Source of the DNA: Candidatus Bathyarchaeia archaeon | GTDB lineage: Archaea; Thermoproteota; Bathyarchaeia; Bathyarchaeales; Bathycorpusculaceae | Assembly: GCA_038883795.1 (NCBI GenBank) | Contig: JAVZLK010000014.1 | Location: 1-35,426 of the forward strand | Reading direction: 5' to 3' | Length of the DNA stretch: 35,426 bases | Shown: positions 16,569 through 26,606 of the stretch, piece by piece | How the letters are laid out: each line of letters opens with the position of its first letter | Numbering within the stretch: the first letter of the stretch is position 1 | Notes under the pieces: model-generated | Seen by the model: only the letters and a program-made list of their open reading frames with translations | Told to the model about the DNA's origin: nothing | The model's database searches: none | Translations under genes and position numbers: made by a program

Positions 16569-17621
16569 TCATTTTACTTTAACCGGTTTGTAAGCATCTA
16601 GACTTTCTTGAATACATTCAAGTAGGTGTATCGCTCTTCTTCCATCTTCCGGTGTTACAGGCGGATCAGTATTGTTTTTTATAGACGATATAAAAGCAGT
16701 TATCAAGTTGTAATGGTGCAAGCATCTTAATAATTCTCGTTTTTTAATGTTGCCAATGATTGGCCCAATCCATTTTTGGAATGCTGCTTTACAATCCGAA
16801 TAGAGACCTTGCAAGAAATTTGCAGGAGATTTAGAAAGGTCTAATAGGTGATTGTATCCTACTATCTGTATTCGTTTTCCGTCGCAGCTCATAAATTCAT
16901 ATAAAGCCTCCGGCGCATTCGCAAACCATGAAACTTCCATAATTCCTACCGCTTTATTAGTTGGCAGTAGCAATACACAGAAATTGTCGTGAATTGAATA
17001 TTTGATCCTATTTCCAATAGCCGAGACTTCATCTATCTCTTTTAAAAAATGTAATTGAAGGTATGCAAGGTGAAGACCTTCTTCCCATAGTATACCTCCT
17101 TGTTCTGGTGTTCCAACCCATGCAGCTGCAGGGCCAAGCGTAGTTGGATTTGTCTTTATAGAAGTACGCAAATATATAAGGTCAAATTCTCCTGAGTCAA
17201 CCATTTTTTTCATGCGCATAACGTGAGGGATGAAAAGCTGGTTGTGGCATACGCAAAGCTTGACTTTATGCCTCGAGACTTCATGGATGATTTGGTCGCA
17301 GTCCTTCGTATTCCTAGCCATAGGCTTTTCCAATAAAATGTTATGCCCAAACTTGGCAGCCTCGCAAGCTAGCGTTGCATGCGTAGATGTTGGAGTACAT
17401 ATATCCACAAAATCCAAATCTTTCAGTTCGAAAATCTTAGAAACGTCACCATAAGCCCTCTCTATTTTATATTTCTGAGCAAAGGCTTTAGCTTTCTCAA
17501 GGTTTATATCTGAAATCGCTGTGACCTTTGCTTCTGGAATGTGTTTGTAGGCTTTCATGTGAATTTCGGAAACCCTACCGCAACCAATTAGTCCGACCTT
17601 TATTTCTGACGTCCCAACCAC
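16569..17621 (-). CDS. Gfo/Idh/MocA family NAD(P)-dependent oxidoreductase
   Basis: GLIGCGRVS Rossmann motif, DICTPTSTH, LLEKPM, and GGILWEEGLH. Confidence 0.92.
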   Translation of the reverse strand: MVGTSEIKVGLIGCGRVSEIHMKAYKHIPEAKVTAISDINLEKAKAFAQKYKIERAYGDVSKIFELKDLDFVDICTPTSTHATLACEAAKFGHNILLEKPMARNTKDCDQIIHEVSRHKVKLCVCHNQLFIPHVMRMKKMVDSGEFDLIYLRTSIKTNPTTLGPAAAWVGTPEQGGILWEEGLHLAYLQLHFLKEIDEVSAIGNRIKYSIHDNFCVLLLPTNKAVGIMEVSWFANAPEALYEFMSCDGKRIQIVGYNHLLDLSKSPANFLQGLYSDCKAAFQKWIGPIIGNIKKRELLRCLHHYNLITAFISSIKNNTDPPVTPEDGRRAIHLLECIQESLDAYKPVKVK

Positions 17622-17730
17622 CTAAAAGTTTCCTCTCTTTATTTTATATAATCTCTAAAACACCTCAGTCCTTTTTGTTGGCACATATTTTTACAACTTT
17701 TAATGTCTTTGCCAACGCTTAAATCTTCTT

Positions 17731-18492
17731 TCATCGAAATGTTTGCATCACTCTCTTCGCCATTTTGACTAGATATACATAAACTATCCACATTCTACGT
17801 CGTAGTCTAGATACTTTAGGTATTCTGTAACCAAACCCTTCTTTAATTGCAATGGTGCATGGAACACAAATGCCACATGGTTTGTTATGCCATGGAATGT
17901 GACAGAACCACGTTTTTTCAAGTATGTCCAGAAAGCCCTTTTCCTCCGCTATTCTTTTCATATCCTTTTTCGACAACTTTAATAACGGAAAGCTAAAGAA
18001 AGAAAAAATTGAGGCGTCATCATTTTCATTGAATTGTTCCGTCTTTAAATCGCCATTTATATATTTTGAAAGTAGATGGACTAACGTGTTGGGTGCGCGT
18101 TCGCTAAGTTCAATGCATAATTCTAAGTTTGGGATGTTCCACTGTTTTGCAAAACGGGCAAAATACTCATATTGGGGTCCTATGGGCCTTGGAAGCTTTT
18201 CATTAAGCCTATTAAATTTGGCTGTAATATCCGGATCAGGTTTAATATTGTGAACTGAAACGATTATTGTGGGCTTTATTAAATCTGCCAGTCGAGGATC
18301 TCTTTTGGCAACCTCTTTCCGAATAACTTGCATGGCCCTTAATTCATGCGATGCGGAACGCCTTGCGGTGTCAACAATGTAAAAGGGTTGCACACGCTTT
18401 CTTTTAACAAAAACTAAATATGAGAGACGGAAAGTACTGTCCCATCCTCCTGACCATAACAAATTTATTCCAGTTTCGCCGCCACAATCCAT
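17731..18492 (-). CDS. QueC-like PP-loop ATPase (7-cyano-7-deazaguanine synthase-like fold)
   Basis: LLWSGGWDST PP-loop and C-terminal TWFCH...PCGICVPC Zn site. The context argues against a canonical queC role. Confidence 0.7.
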   Translation of the reverse strand: MDCGGETGINLLWSGGWDSTFRLSYLVFVKRKRVQPFYIVDTARRSASHELRAMQVIRKEVAKRDPRLADLIKPTIIVSVHNIKPDPDITAKFNRLNEKLPRPIGPQYEYFARFAKQWNIPNLELCIELSERAPNTLVHLLSKYINGDLKTEQFNENDDASIFSFFSFPLLKLSKKDMKRIAEEKGFLDILEKTWFCHIPWHNKPCGICVPCTIAIKEGFGYRIPKVSRLRRRMWIVYVYLVKMAKRVMQTFR

Positions 18493-18551
18493 CTAAACAC
18501 CCTTCAAACATGCCAAATAATTGAGCTTTGCTCTTAACCAGCAAATTTTGA

Positions 18552-19856
18552 CTAGACTACCATCGAAACGAACAATTTTCTTTTTCCAGTCCTTTCCATT
18601 GGAATTTCTTTAACAAACTGTATTTCAACTTCTAGTTTTTCTCCCTGCTTAGCAAAAAATTCTTCAATATTATTCTTTATCCTTAAGAGTAGATTTTGAT
18701 CAAAATTCAAACCTTTTACAACCTTGAAAACTATTCGATCAGGGCGTTCTTGGACTAGTTGGTATTGAGATATACTAAATGGTTTTTTCAGAAAATCAAG
18801 TTCGTAAAAACAACGTATTAAATATAACCACGAAATTTTTCTACCACCAGGTAGAACCACAAAATCATTGGATCTTCCCTCAATGGACTTTAGCAAAGGC
18901 CACGATCTTTTACATGGACATTTCTCATCAGTCATCACTCCTAAATCACCAATTCTGTATCGTATAAGCGGCATCACATAATTATGCAAGCCCGTAACGA
19001 CAATTTCTCCTAGCTCTCCTGGAGAAACAGGCTCGTCCTCTTCATCCAACAATTCAATGTAAACGTTATCAGTTATAATATGTAGAGCGAAATGTTCTGT
19101 ACATTCAAAAGCTATGCTTCCAAATTCGACAGAACCATAAGTCTCAAAAAGATCCCCGCCAAATTTTTTCTTCACAACTTCTCTGCAGTGAGAAGTAACC
19201 ACTTCACCCTGCATAAAAATTAATCTAGGGTTAACCTCGGAGAGGTCATACTTCGACAAAGAAAGTAATAATGATGGAAAAGTCAGGATAACATCCGGTT
19301 TAATTTGCCTTAAGATATTAACGAGTTTTTCTTCGGGAAATAATGGCACAATAGTTTCACTAATGTCACCCCACAACCTAGTATATTTTGAGCCCCACTT
19401 GATGGATTCAGCTCGCTGCGAAATTGTCACAAAATTATCATTTAGCTTCACTCCACATTCGAAAAATGGGTATCTTGATGATCCTGGGGAAGGGTAACGG
19501 TCAGATATTACCTTTAAAGGTGTCCCAGTTGAACCAGATGTTGTATGAAAAGGTAACCTAGATACGTCAATGCCTTCTGTAATAAAGTTTTGATAATCTT
19601 TTTGAATATCATGCTTAGACACTAAAGGAAGTTTCCTTAAGTCTCCAAAACTTTTAATGTCGTCTGGCTTAACACCAACAGAAGAAAAAGCTTTACGATA
19701 ATGGGGCACATAGTTATAGGCATGTTTAATAACAGCCTTCAACCTTTTAAATTGAATCCTCCTAAGTTCCTTTAGATCTTTCCACTGATCCCTTTTAAGC
19801 TGAAACAAATAATAATTGGCTATTACTTGGCCAATTAATTTGTGTAGTTTGCTCAT
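18552..19856 (-). CDS. Phenylacetate-CoA ligase family / CapK-like adenylate-forming enzyme
   Basis: TTSGSTGTP P-loop, ETYGSVE, MPLIRYRIGD, IEGRSND and terminal TGKRK. Confidence 0.9.
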   Translation of the reverse strand: MSKLHKLIGQVIANYYLFQLKRDQWKDLKELRRIQFKRLKAVIKHAYNYVPHYRKAFSSVGVKPDDIKSFGDLRKLPLVSKHDIQKDYQNFITEGIDVSRLPFHTTSGSTGTPLKVISDRYPSPGSSRYPFFECGVKLNDNFVTISQRAESIKWGSKYTRLWGDISETIVPLFPEEKLVNILRQIKPDVILTFPSLLLSLSKYDLSEVNPRLIFMQGEVVTSHCREVVKKKFGGDLFETYGSVEFGSIAFECTEHFALHIITDNVYIELLDEEDEPVSPGELGEIVVTGLHNYVMPLIRYRIGDLGVMTDEKCPCKRSWPLLKSIEGRSNDFVVLPGGRKISWLYLIRCFYELDFLKKPFSISQYQLVQERPDRIVFKVVKGLNFDQNLLLRIKNNIEEFFAKQGEKLEVEIQFVKEIPMERTGKRKLFVSMVV

Positions 19857-20091
19857 GAATCTTAGCCTTCAGTTTAGACGATATCTACAAGTTTTATCTA
19901 AGAAATAAACGCCAATAAACAACGAATTTACATATTCGTTTTCACAATACTTGCGTTAATTCACTTTTGAAATAAAAGTTGTCTCTTACCTATTTTACTT
20001 GTTGGAGGAATCTGTTCAACGGCCTCTAAACCACTTTTAATAGCGCTCCATTATTCCTTTTAATTCCGAAAGTCTGCATTACCACTTAACT

Positions 20092-21039
20092 TCAAATTCT
20101 AAAGATGAAGGAATAATTTTCATTCTTAATGTCGTTAAGGTGCCTAATCGCTTCAAAGTAGGAGGTTATTATATGCTTAATTTTTGTGGCTTCGGGAAGC
20201 GACCAAAATATACTTAAGATTATGCGGCCTATTTCGCTCCAGAGAAAGATTATCTTATTTTTTAACGTTTGTTCAATGTTGTTAAGGAAAAAGCCTGAGG
20301 GATACGCGGTTATTATATAAATTTTCTGCTTACCTGTGTTTTTTAATGGAAGTCGGTGATGATATGCCCGAGCGAGTGGGGTCAAAAAGAGACTTCTCGG
20401 ATATTTTTTGTAAATCTTATAAGAAAATTCTTTATCTTCTCCAAGCGAGTAACCAAGCAATTTCTCGTTAAAACTAAACTCCTTAAAAACCTCCTTTTTA
20501 TATGCCACGCCTAGCCCAAGGAGCCATTCGCAGAGAATAACCCTATTTGACGCATAGGCAAATGTGGTTTTTCCTGACGGAAGCATCCGACATTTATCTT
20601 TCTCCGCATGCCAATAAAAAAATACTTTCTTTATAGAGTTCCAGAAATGCGAGTATTGTGCATTCGCCACTATGCCTTGGACGCCTAGGGCATTTGGCTT
20701 AGCCTTAAATACTTTCAAGATTTCTTCTAAATAATTTTTGTCTATTGTAACATCATCATCAAGAAAAAGCAAAATGTTACCTTCTGCTTCTTTTGCGCCA
20801 AGATTTCGAGCTTTAGATATGCTTTTCAAGTTTCCATCGGGCATTATATGCTTAAGCTTAATTCCTTTTTCTAAAAAGCGAGCATATAACTGTTCAACCA
20901 GATTTTTGGTTTCCAAACCATCACTATCATCCACCACAATAACTTCATCGGGAACAGTTGTCTGTTTTAAAATCGAAAGTAACAATCTTCTCAAGCTAGT
21001 GCTTCTGTTTTTTGTTGGTATAACTACGGAGAACTTCAA
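20092..21039 (-). CDS. Glycosyltransferase family 2
   Basis: FSVVIPTKNR, VIVVDDS, LFLDDD and GEDKEF. Confidence 0.92.
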   Translation of the reverse strand: MKFSVVIPTKNRSTSLRRLLLSILKQTTVPDEVIVVDDSDGLETKNLVEQLYARFLEKGIKLKHIMPDGNLKSISKARNLGAKEAEGNILLFLDDDVTIDKNYLEEILKVFKAKPNALGVQGIVANAQYSHFWNSIKKVFFYWHAEKDKCRMLPSGKTTFAYASNRVILCEWLLGLGVAYKKEVFKEFSFNEKLLGYSLGEDKEFSYKIYKKYPRSLFLTPLARAYHHRLPLKNTGKQKIYIITAYPSGFFLNNIEQTLKNKIIFLWSEIGRIILSIFWSLPEATKIKHIITSYFEAIRHLNDIKNENYSFIFRI

Positions 21040-21078
21040 ATTGAAAACCTCTAACTATAGCGATTACTTTAAAGCACG

Positions 21079-21930
21079 TCACTTATGCGAATTTAAAAAG
21101 TTGTCCAAGTAAATTAATCGCGCGCGTTCTTTTAGTCTAGTCATGATAACCGTTGTTCTAATCAGCGGAAAATAGATAATCATTGAAGGATGAATTTTTA
21201 TGGAAAACCATATACCTATCCAAAATGCCTCTAGAATCAACCTAATTTGATTGCAATAAAATCTGAACAAAGATTTGCTTTCAACTTGTGAGGAAATAAT
21301 ATATTTAAGACGATGTGGAGATTTTGCCCACCAATGCACATGATGAAGATATTCGAGCATATTCATTGGATGATAAACGACGATTTCCTTAGCCCATACC
21401 CATTTGTAGCCAGCATTTAGAAGGCGCAAGTATAAATCAAAGTCTTCCCCGGCGCCTTGTATTGTCTCGTCAAAGTTACCCACCTCTAAAACAGCACTAC
21501 GCCTAAACATGGTATTATGGCAACCCCAATCTTCACGACTGTTTAAACGCAAATAGTCATGATATAGTTCAAGCGGTTTGCAACCATAACCATAAATACA
21601 TGTGCCCATAACAGCGGCAACTTTGGGATCTTCAAAGTATTTAATTAGCCGCCTAAACCACCCTTTGGTTAGGATTATGTCACTGTCAATCATTGCAACA
21701 ATTTCTGAAGTTGCCTTTTCCATCCCCAATTTTCTTGCGGCGCCAAGCCCCTTATCTCCATCCCAAAAAACTTGGTTTGTGTATTTCTCAGCTACTTCCT
21801 TTGTATCATCTTTTGAACTCCCGTATATTACGATTAAGTTCTTAAAAGGTATTTCACGAACAATTTGTTGTAAAACTCTGTCTAGGGACTTAGCTCGGTC
21901 CTTGACGCAAACGACCACATCTACATCCAT
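21079..21930 (-). CDS. Glycosyltransferase family 2
   Basis: VDVVVCVKDR, GLGAAR, MIDSD and GEDFDL. Confidence 0.9.
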   Translation of the reverse strand: MDVDVVVCVKDRAKSLDRVLQQIVREIPFKNLIVIYGSSKDDTKEVAEKYTNQVFWDGDKGLGAARKLGMEKATSEIVAMIDSDIILTKGWFRRLIKYFEDPKVAAVMGTCIYGYGCKPLELYHDYLRLNSREDWGCHNTMFRRSAVLEVGNFDETIQGAGEDFDLYLRLLNAGYKWVWAKEIVVYHPMNMLEYLHHVHWWAKSPHRLKYIISSQVESKSLFRFYCNQIRLILEAFWIGIWFSIKIHPSMIIYFPLIRTTVIMTRLKERARLIYLDNFLNSHK

Positions 21931-21949
21931 ATTTTACCGACCTTTTAAG

Positions 21950-24076
21950 CTAGCCATTTTTGCAAAGGATTTCGGTTTCTCCGTTCGTGTATACTTTACT
22001 CATTTCATACAAAAATTGAATTTCACTAACATTCCACGAACTATAAAGAGCAACATAATCACCATAAACAACACTTAAAGAACTAAGATAAACTACGCCA
22101 CCGACCGCCACAGGCACAACCTTCGAAAGATAATGGGGATATCCTTGGTAAATCAAGGCGTAACATCGTAAATCGCTGAAAGGATCACAATAAATGGGGG
22201 TTCGCCCAGCAATCACATTGCTAGATAACCACCACTGTCCGTATGCATCATAAGATTTTTTACTATATCCGACTTGATACATTCGCAAGGGGCTCATTCG
22301 ATAATTACTTAACGACACAGACCAACTATCGCTTCCCGTAATCTCGTAAACAAAATTTGTTTGAAAGAGGAATAATGGAACTAACACCACTAAAAGAAGA
22401 ATCAATGCTTTTATCTCACTATTCCTCTTAGAAACGACATTAATAACTGTCTCAGCGCCTAACGTGCAAAGAGGTGCTAGAAAGAATAAGAGTATGTGAT
22501 AGAACCTCGTCATATTCATCGTGCTTGACAGACCTGGCACCGCAATAAGGGCTCCTAAAAGAAGCATGGAACAAAAAACCAAAAGGAAAGAATCTTTATC
22601 CAAATAAACCTTGTTCCTTTTTAAAATAACGCTGATGAAGCCAATAACTATCAAGATCTCAGTTACATAAAAAAATATCCTACTTAGCATATTCCAAATG
22701 GTGGGCGGTGGCTCAAGCCCTAAACCCCTTAATACTTCCGGCTCCCTTGACTGCAAATTGAAAAAGTCGTTAAGTTCGTTGATGACTCGTTCTCCAAAGC
22801 TTATAAAACTTTCAAAGACTGTTGAGCTTGATGTAAATAGATACCAGGCAAACATTACGGTGAAAAATGTCAAGACAAATGTAACAGTTATTTTTCTGCT
22901 CGGTCTTCTAGTTATCATCGAAGATATCAGAACGAACACGCTAAAAAATAGGAAAATTTCAGCTAAAGCATAATGAGAAACTATTAAACCAAAGCTAAAA
23001 ATTATCAAACATACATTTTTTTGAAGCCGCCACCCTTTCCCTTCGCTAAGGAGCGAAGTCAATAGTAAAACTAGGAACAACTCGCCCAAAATTTGTTTAT
23101 TCAACCCTAAAAGTTCACCGTAAAAAGGCTGAAACGCCATGAAAAAGAAGGCCGAAACAAAAGCCAATTTCTCGCCTACAAAATTTTTCCATAAATTATA
23201 AATTCCTAGTGGAACCAAGGTGAGGAATATCGCATAGAAAAGCTTGAAAACCAGCACCACGTCTAAATCAAGCAAAACCGAATAGATTGTTGGAAGCAAC
23301 GTTACACTCAGCATCGCGTATGTTCGGCCAACACTCTGATCCCATGGAAAAGGATTGACCGGATTCCAGTAGGCGTTTTTCTCAACAATTTTTTGAGCGA
23401 AAACTTCGCCCCCTACATCAGATCCAAAGCTGATAATCCTTTCAGAAATAAGCGCCGAATGGTAAATTAACGATATAGCAATTATCACTACAAGGAAAGG
23501 ATACAGTCTTGTGAATACAGCCTTTCTAGAGATTGTTGCCGCTGTGAAAACTGCAGCTATAGCAACTATTGTGAAAAGTAAAATTCTGTTGTCTCCATAG
23601 CTCCCAGATATCATGGCGCCTACGATACTTAGAGCGGGAATGCATAATAAAGGGAAGATAATCAGAGGATTTTTAACTTTGGAAGTAAAGGACTCAGCGT
23701 CCTCGTTTTCACCCCTTAAATATGCTACTATCGCGCATGTCAGAACGAAAATGTTTATGGCAGGTAATAGGAACGATAGTGAAAGCGGTTTTAAGACACC
23801 AACCAACGGGTTAAGTTGGTTAACAAAAAGCCCAATCAACATAAGAGAGGCAACGCTTAAACCAGTAGCAAAAAGAAGAGTTTCTGCCAAACCGTTCATT
23901 TTCATCTTTAAAAGCTTAATTAAAGCTATGCCAGGAACAAATGTTACGTAAATAAAGCCTATTGCTTGCCTAGCAACAGGGACACCCATAAGGATTGTAA
24001 TGCAAGCCATAAATTGCAGGAATAGGATTGTTAACAGAAATTCTATATGTTTTTGGCTAAGTGTTGGATGGTTCAC
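21950..24076 (-). CDS. DUF2206-type polytopic membrane protein
   Basis: 708 aa with many TM helices and the motifs AMLSVTLLP, SHYALA and TMNMTRFYHILL, as in archaeal DUF2206 proteins found in glycosylation loci. Confidence 0.75.
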   Translation of the reverse strand: MNHPTLSQKHIEFLLTILFLQFMACITILMGVPVARQAIGFIYVTFVPGIALIKLLKMKMNGLAETLLFATGLSVASLMLIGLFVNQLNPLVGVLKPLSLSFLLPAINIFVLTCAIVAYLRGENEDAESFTSKVKNPLIIFPLLCIPALSIVGAMISGSYGDNRILLFTIVAIAAVFTAATISRKAVFTRLYPFLVVIIAISLIYHSALISERIISFGSDVGGEVFAQKIVEKNAYWNPVNPFPWDQSVGRTYAMLSVTLLPTIYSVLLDLDVVLVFKLFYAIFLTLVPLGIYNLWKNFVGEKLAFVSAFFFMAFQPFYGELLGLNKQILGELFLVLLLTSLLSEGKGWRLQKNVCLIIFSFGLIVSHYALAEIFLFFSVFVLISSMITRRPSRKITVTFVLTFFTVMFAWYLFTSSSTVFESFISFGERVINELNDFFNLQSREPEVLRGLGLEPPPTIWNMLSRIFFYVTEILIVIGFISVILKRNKVYLDKDSFLLVFCSMLLLGALIAVPGLSSTMNMTRFYHILLFFLAPLCTLGAETVINVVSKRNSEIKALILLLVVLVPLFLFQTNFVYEITGSDSWSVSLSNYRMSPLRMYQVGYSKKSYDAYGQWWLSSNVIAGRTPIYCDPFSDLRCYALIYQGYPHYLSKVVPVAVGGVVYLSSLSVVYGDYVALYSSWNVSEIQFLYEMSKVYTNGETEILCKNG

Positions 24077-24213
24077 GGTCTTTTGCTCCAGTGTAGTGAA
24101 ACGTAAGACTTATTATATTGTTTTGAGAAATGTATTAATGGCGTACACATGAACACAAATTGGAAAACACTAACGTTATTTAGTTTCACCAAATTAACAA
24201 ATATTCAGCAAGG

Positions 24214-25512
24214 ATGGTTAAATTGAAAATAAAAGTATATCAAACAAGGTTCATCACGCTTTTGGCAATCATCTTAATTGTAACTGCGTGTATGGTCAAC
24301 GCCCAACTAACAAACACTGTAACAATCCAAAACACTGGCCAAATATCATCAACTACTGTTTGGGCAAAAAGCGGCACCGCAGAAGACATACAAGCAGCTG
24401 TTGACGCAGTAGCGGCTGCAGGCGGAGGCACAGTATACGTCCCCGAGGGAGATTTTCCTTTCGATATTAACGGGAGCAAAATATATCTCGGGGTTCCAGT
24501 TGGAGTAATCGTTAAAGGTGGTATAAGTATAATTGGTTCTGGAAAGGATAAAACCATCCTGCGTCAGACACGTTCCGATATAAATGAGGCAAACTTCTTC
24601 TACTGTGATGGAATAAATGGCAAGCCCATAAGAATTTCAGGTCTAACGCTTATTGGGAATGTAACGGATGAGGCTTTTAACAATCGGGGCATCAGAATGC
24701 TTAGAGCTACGGACTTTCGTATCGACCATTGCAAATTTATTGACTTTTCTGGCTCAGCTATTATTGCTTCAAACTATCTTGCACCATACGGGGCTAACCG
24801 TGGAGTAGTTGACCATTGTGAGTTTGACAATCCTTACAAGGATGATCCGAATGTGATTGGCGCTGGCGGAAATGGAAGGAAAATATGGGGTTACGGCGTT
24901 CATTTAACTGGAACTTCTTATAACTGGGAAGAGAATATAGACAACCTGCTTGGTAAGTACGATGAACTGTCCAACATTGTTTATGTTGAAGATTGCACGT
25001 TCAGACGGTGCAGACACGCCGTTACTTCTAATGGCGGAGTCTTTTATATAGTTCGCTACTGCAAATTCTATGAGCCGAGACCAGAACATTACCAGATGGT
25101 TGACGTCCACGGGACATCTGGAGATGCTCCAGCTGTTGGGGGTAGAGGCTTAGAAGCATACAATAATATTTTTTATGGTTGTGAATACAAATGGCAAGCT
25201 GAACCACCTTATGATTGGCACAGTATGGCTTTTGGTATTCGAGGAGGGGGAGGAGTAATCTTCAATAATACAATTATAGACTGCGAAACAGGCATTTTGT
25301 TAGCTGCTGACCCTGGACAACAAGAAAAGTGCAGAATCCACGATATGTGGATTTGGAATAATGTAATGGCTCAACAAAATGCGACTGGAAGCATGGTTTA
25401 TATAAAAAATACAGGGGGATATGTGGAAAACGTGGATTATTTCCTCTACGGAAAAACAGATTATACACCATATCCATATCCACATCCCCTTACCCTTGAA
25501 AAAGCACCATAA
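24214..25512 (+). CDS. Secreted right-handed beta-helix (pectate lyase-like) protein
   Basis: Signal peptide, then DIQAAVDAVAAAGGGTVYVPEG, repeated IDHC.F/VEDC.F/YNN.F rungs, and terminal YTPYPYPHPL. Confidence 0.8.
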   Translation: MVKLKIKVYQTRFITLLAIILIVTACMVNAQLTNTVTIQNTGQISSTTVWAKSGTAEDIQAAVDAVAAAGGGTVYVPEGDFPFDINGSKIYLGVPVGVIVKGGISIIGSGKDKTILRQTRSDINEANFFYCDGINGKPIRISGLTLIGNVTDEAFNNRGIRMLRATDFRIDHCKFIDFSGSAIIASNYLAPYGANRGVVDHCEFDNPYKDDPNVIGAGGNGRKIWGYGVHLTGTSYNWEENIDNLLGKYDELSNIVYVEDCTFRRCRHAVTSNGGVFYIVRYCKFYEPRPEHYQMVDVHGTSGDAPAVGGRGLEAYNNIFYGCEYKWQAEPPYDWHSMAFGIRGGGGVIFNNTIIDCETGILLAADPGQQEKCRIHDMWIWNNVMAQQNATGSMVYIKNTGGYVENVDYFLYGKTDYTPYPYPHPLTLEKAP

Positions 25513-25537
25513 AAGTCATAATAAACGAATACAAAGT

Positions 25538-26590
25538 TTATAAAGGAACGTAAGTAACAGGTTTTCGTTCCTTAAGAGATTCTTGTATACATTCAATAAG
25601 TTTGATAGTGTTTCGTCCATCTTCCCCCGTTACTGGTGGCAAAGAGTCTTTTTCTATGCTCTCCATGTAAGCTATGATTAAATCCAAGTGCCCTGACTGT
25701 GGTTTTTTAAGCTGATCTACTGTAAACTTTACCCATTTTTTGTAAAGCCTTTTCAGGTCGGTAAAGAAGTTCTGCGTAACTCCAAGGACGCTTGCAGGGG
25801 ATTCTTGCGTTCTTTCGATTATATAGCCATGGGGAAGGAATGTCTGCACTCTTTTCCCGTTCGAACTTACTATTTCGTATAGAATTTCTGATTCTTTTGC
25901 AATCCATGAGATTTCCATGACCCCCCAGCGTTCAGAAGATGCCCGTAATAAGACTGTAAAGTCATCCCACACGGAATATTTTGCTTTAGTGCCTAAGGCA
26001 TAAACTTCCTCCACGTCCTTTAGGAAGTATAATTGTAAATAAGCCAGATGTGTGCCTACTTCCCACAATATTCCCCCATGTTCTGGGTTGATGTTCCAAG
26101 GTTGCGCCAAACCGTGAGCCAAAAGCCAATCAAAATTTTCTCTATGCAATGTTTTAAAGGATATTAGATTGAAGTCTTCAGAGTCAGCTATTGCCTTTAA
26201 GCGTCTGACGTATGGATAGAAAAGTTGGTTGTGGCAAACGCAGACTTTGATCCCATGCTTTCTTGCAGCTTCAACCATCCTCTCGCATTCTTGGCTATTT
26301 CTGCCTAAAGGCTTTTCCGCAAGAACATTTATTCCAGCCTTTGCAGCTTCACACACAATTGGTTCATGTGTAGCTGTGGGTGTGCATATGTCAACAAAAC
26401 CAAGGTCTTTGAATTCAAAAAGTTGTTTGTAATCCGAAAAGATTTTTTCGATTTTGTATGTTTCTGCAAAGGATTTTGCTTTGTTTATGTCGGCGTCGGC
26501 GACGGCAACAACTTTAGCCTTTTTTATTGCTTGGTACGCTTTCATGTGGATGTGGGCGACTCTTCCGCATCCTATTAGCCCGACATTCAT
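25538..26590 (-). CDS. Gfo/Idh/MocA family oxidoreductase
   Basis: GLIGCGRVA, DICTPTATH, AEKPL and GGILWEVGTH; close paralog of 16569..17621. Confidence 0.92.
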   Translation of the reverse strand: MNVGLIGCGRVAHIHMKAYQAIKKAKVVAVADADINKAKSFAETYKIEKIFSDYKQLFEFKDLGFVDICTPTATHEPIVCEAAKAGINVLAEKPLGRNSQECERMVEAARKHGIKVCVCHNQLFYPYVRRLKAIADSEDFNLISFKTLHRENFDWLLAHGLAQPWNINPEHGGILWEVGTHLAYLQLYFLKDVEEVYALGTKAKYSVWDDFTVLLRASSERWGVMEISWIAKESEILYEIVSSNGKRVQTFLPHGYIIERTQESPASVLGVTQNFFTDLKRLYKKWVKFTVDQLKKPQSGHLDLIIAYMESIEKDSLPPVTGEDGRNTIKLIECIQESLKERKPVTYVPL

Positions 26591-26606
26591 CAGGTATACC
26601 CTCTCA

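Noticed and set aside
17731-18492. Deazaguanine DNA-modification (dpd) or queuosine/archaeosine operon
   Set aside because: Only a QueC-like fold is present; folE, queD, queE and dpdA/tgt are absent and the neighbours are glycan genes.
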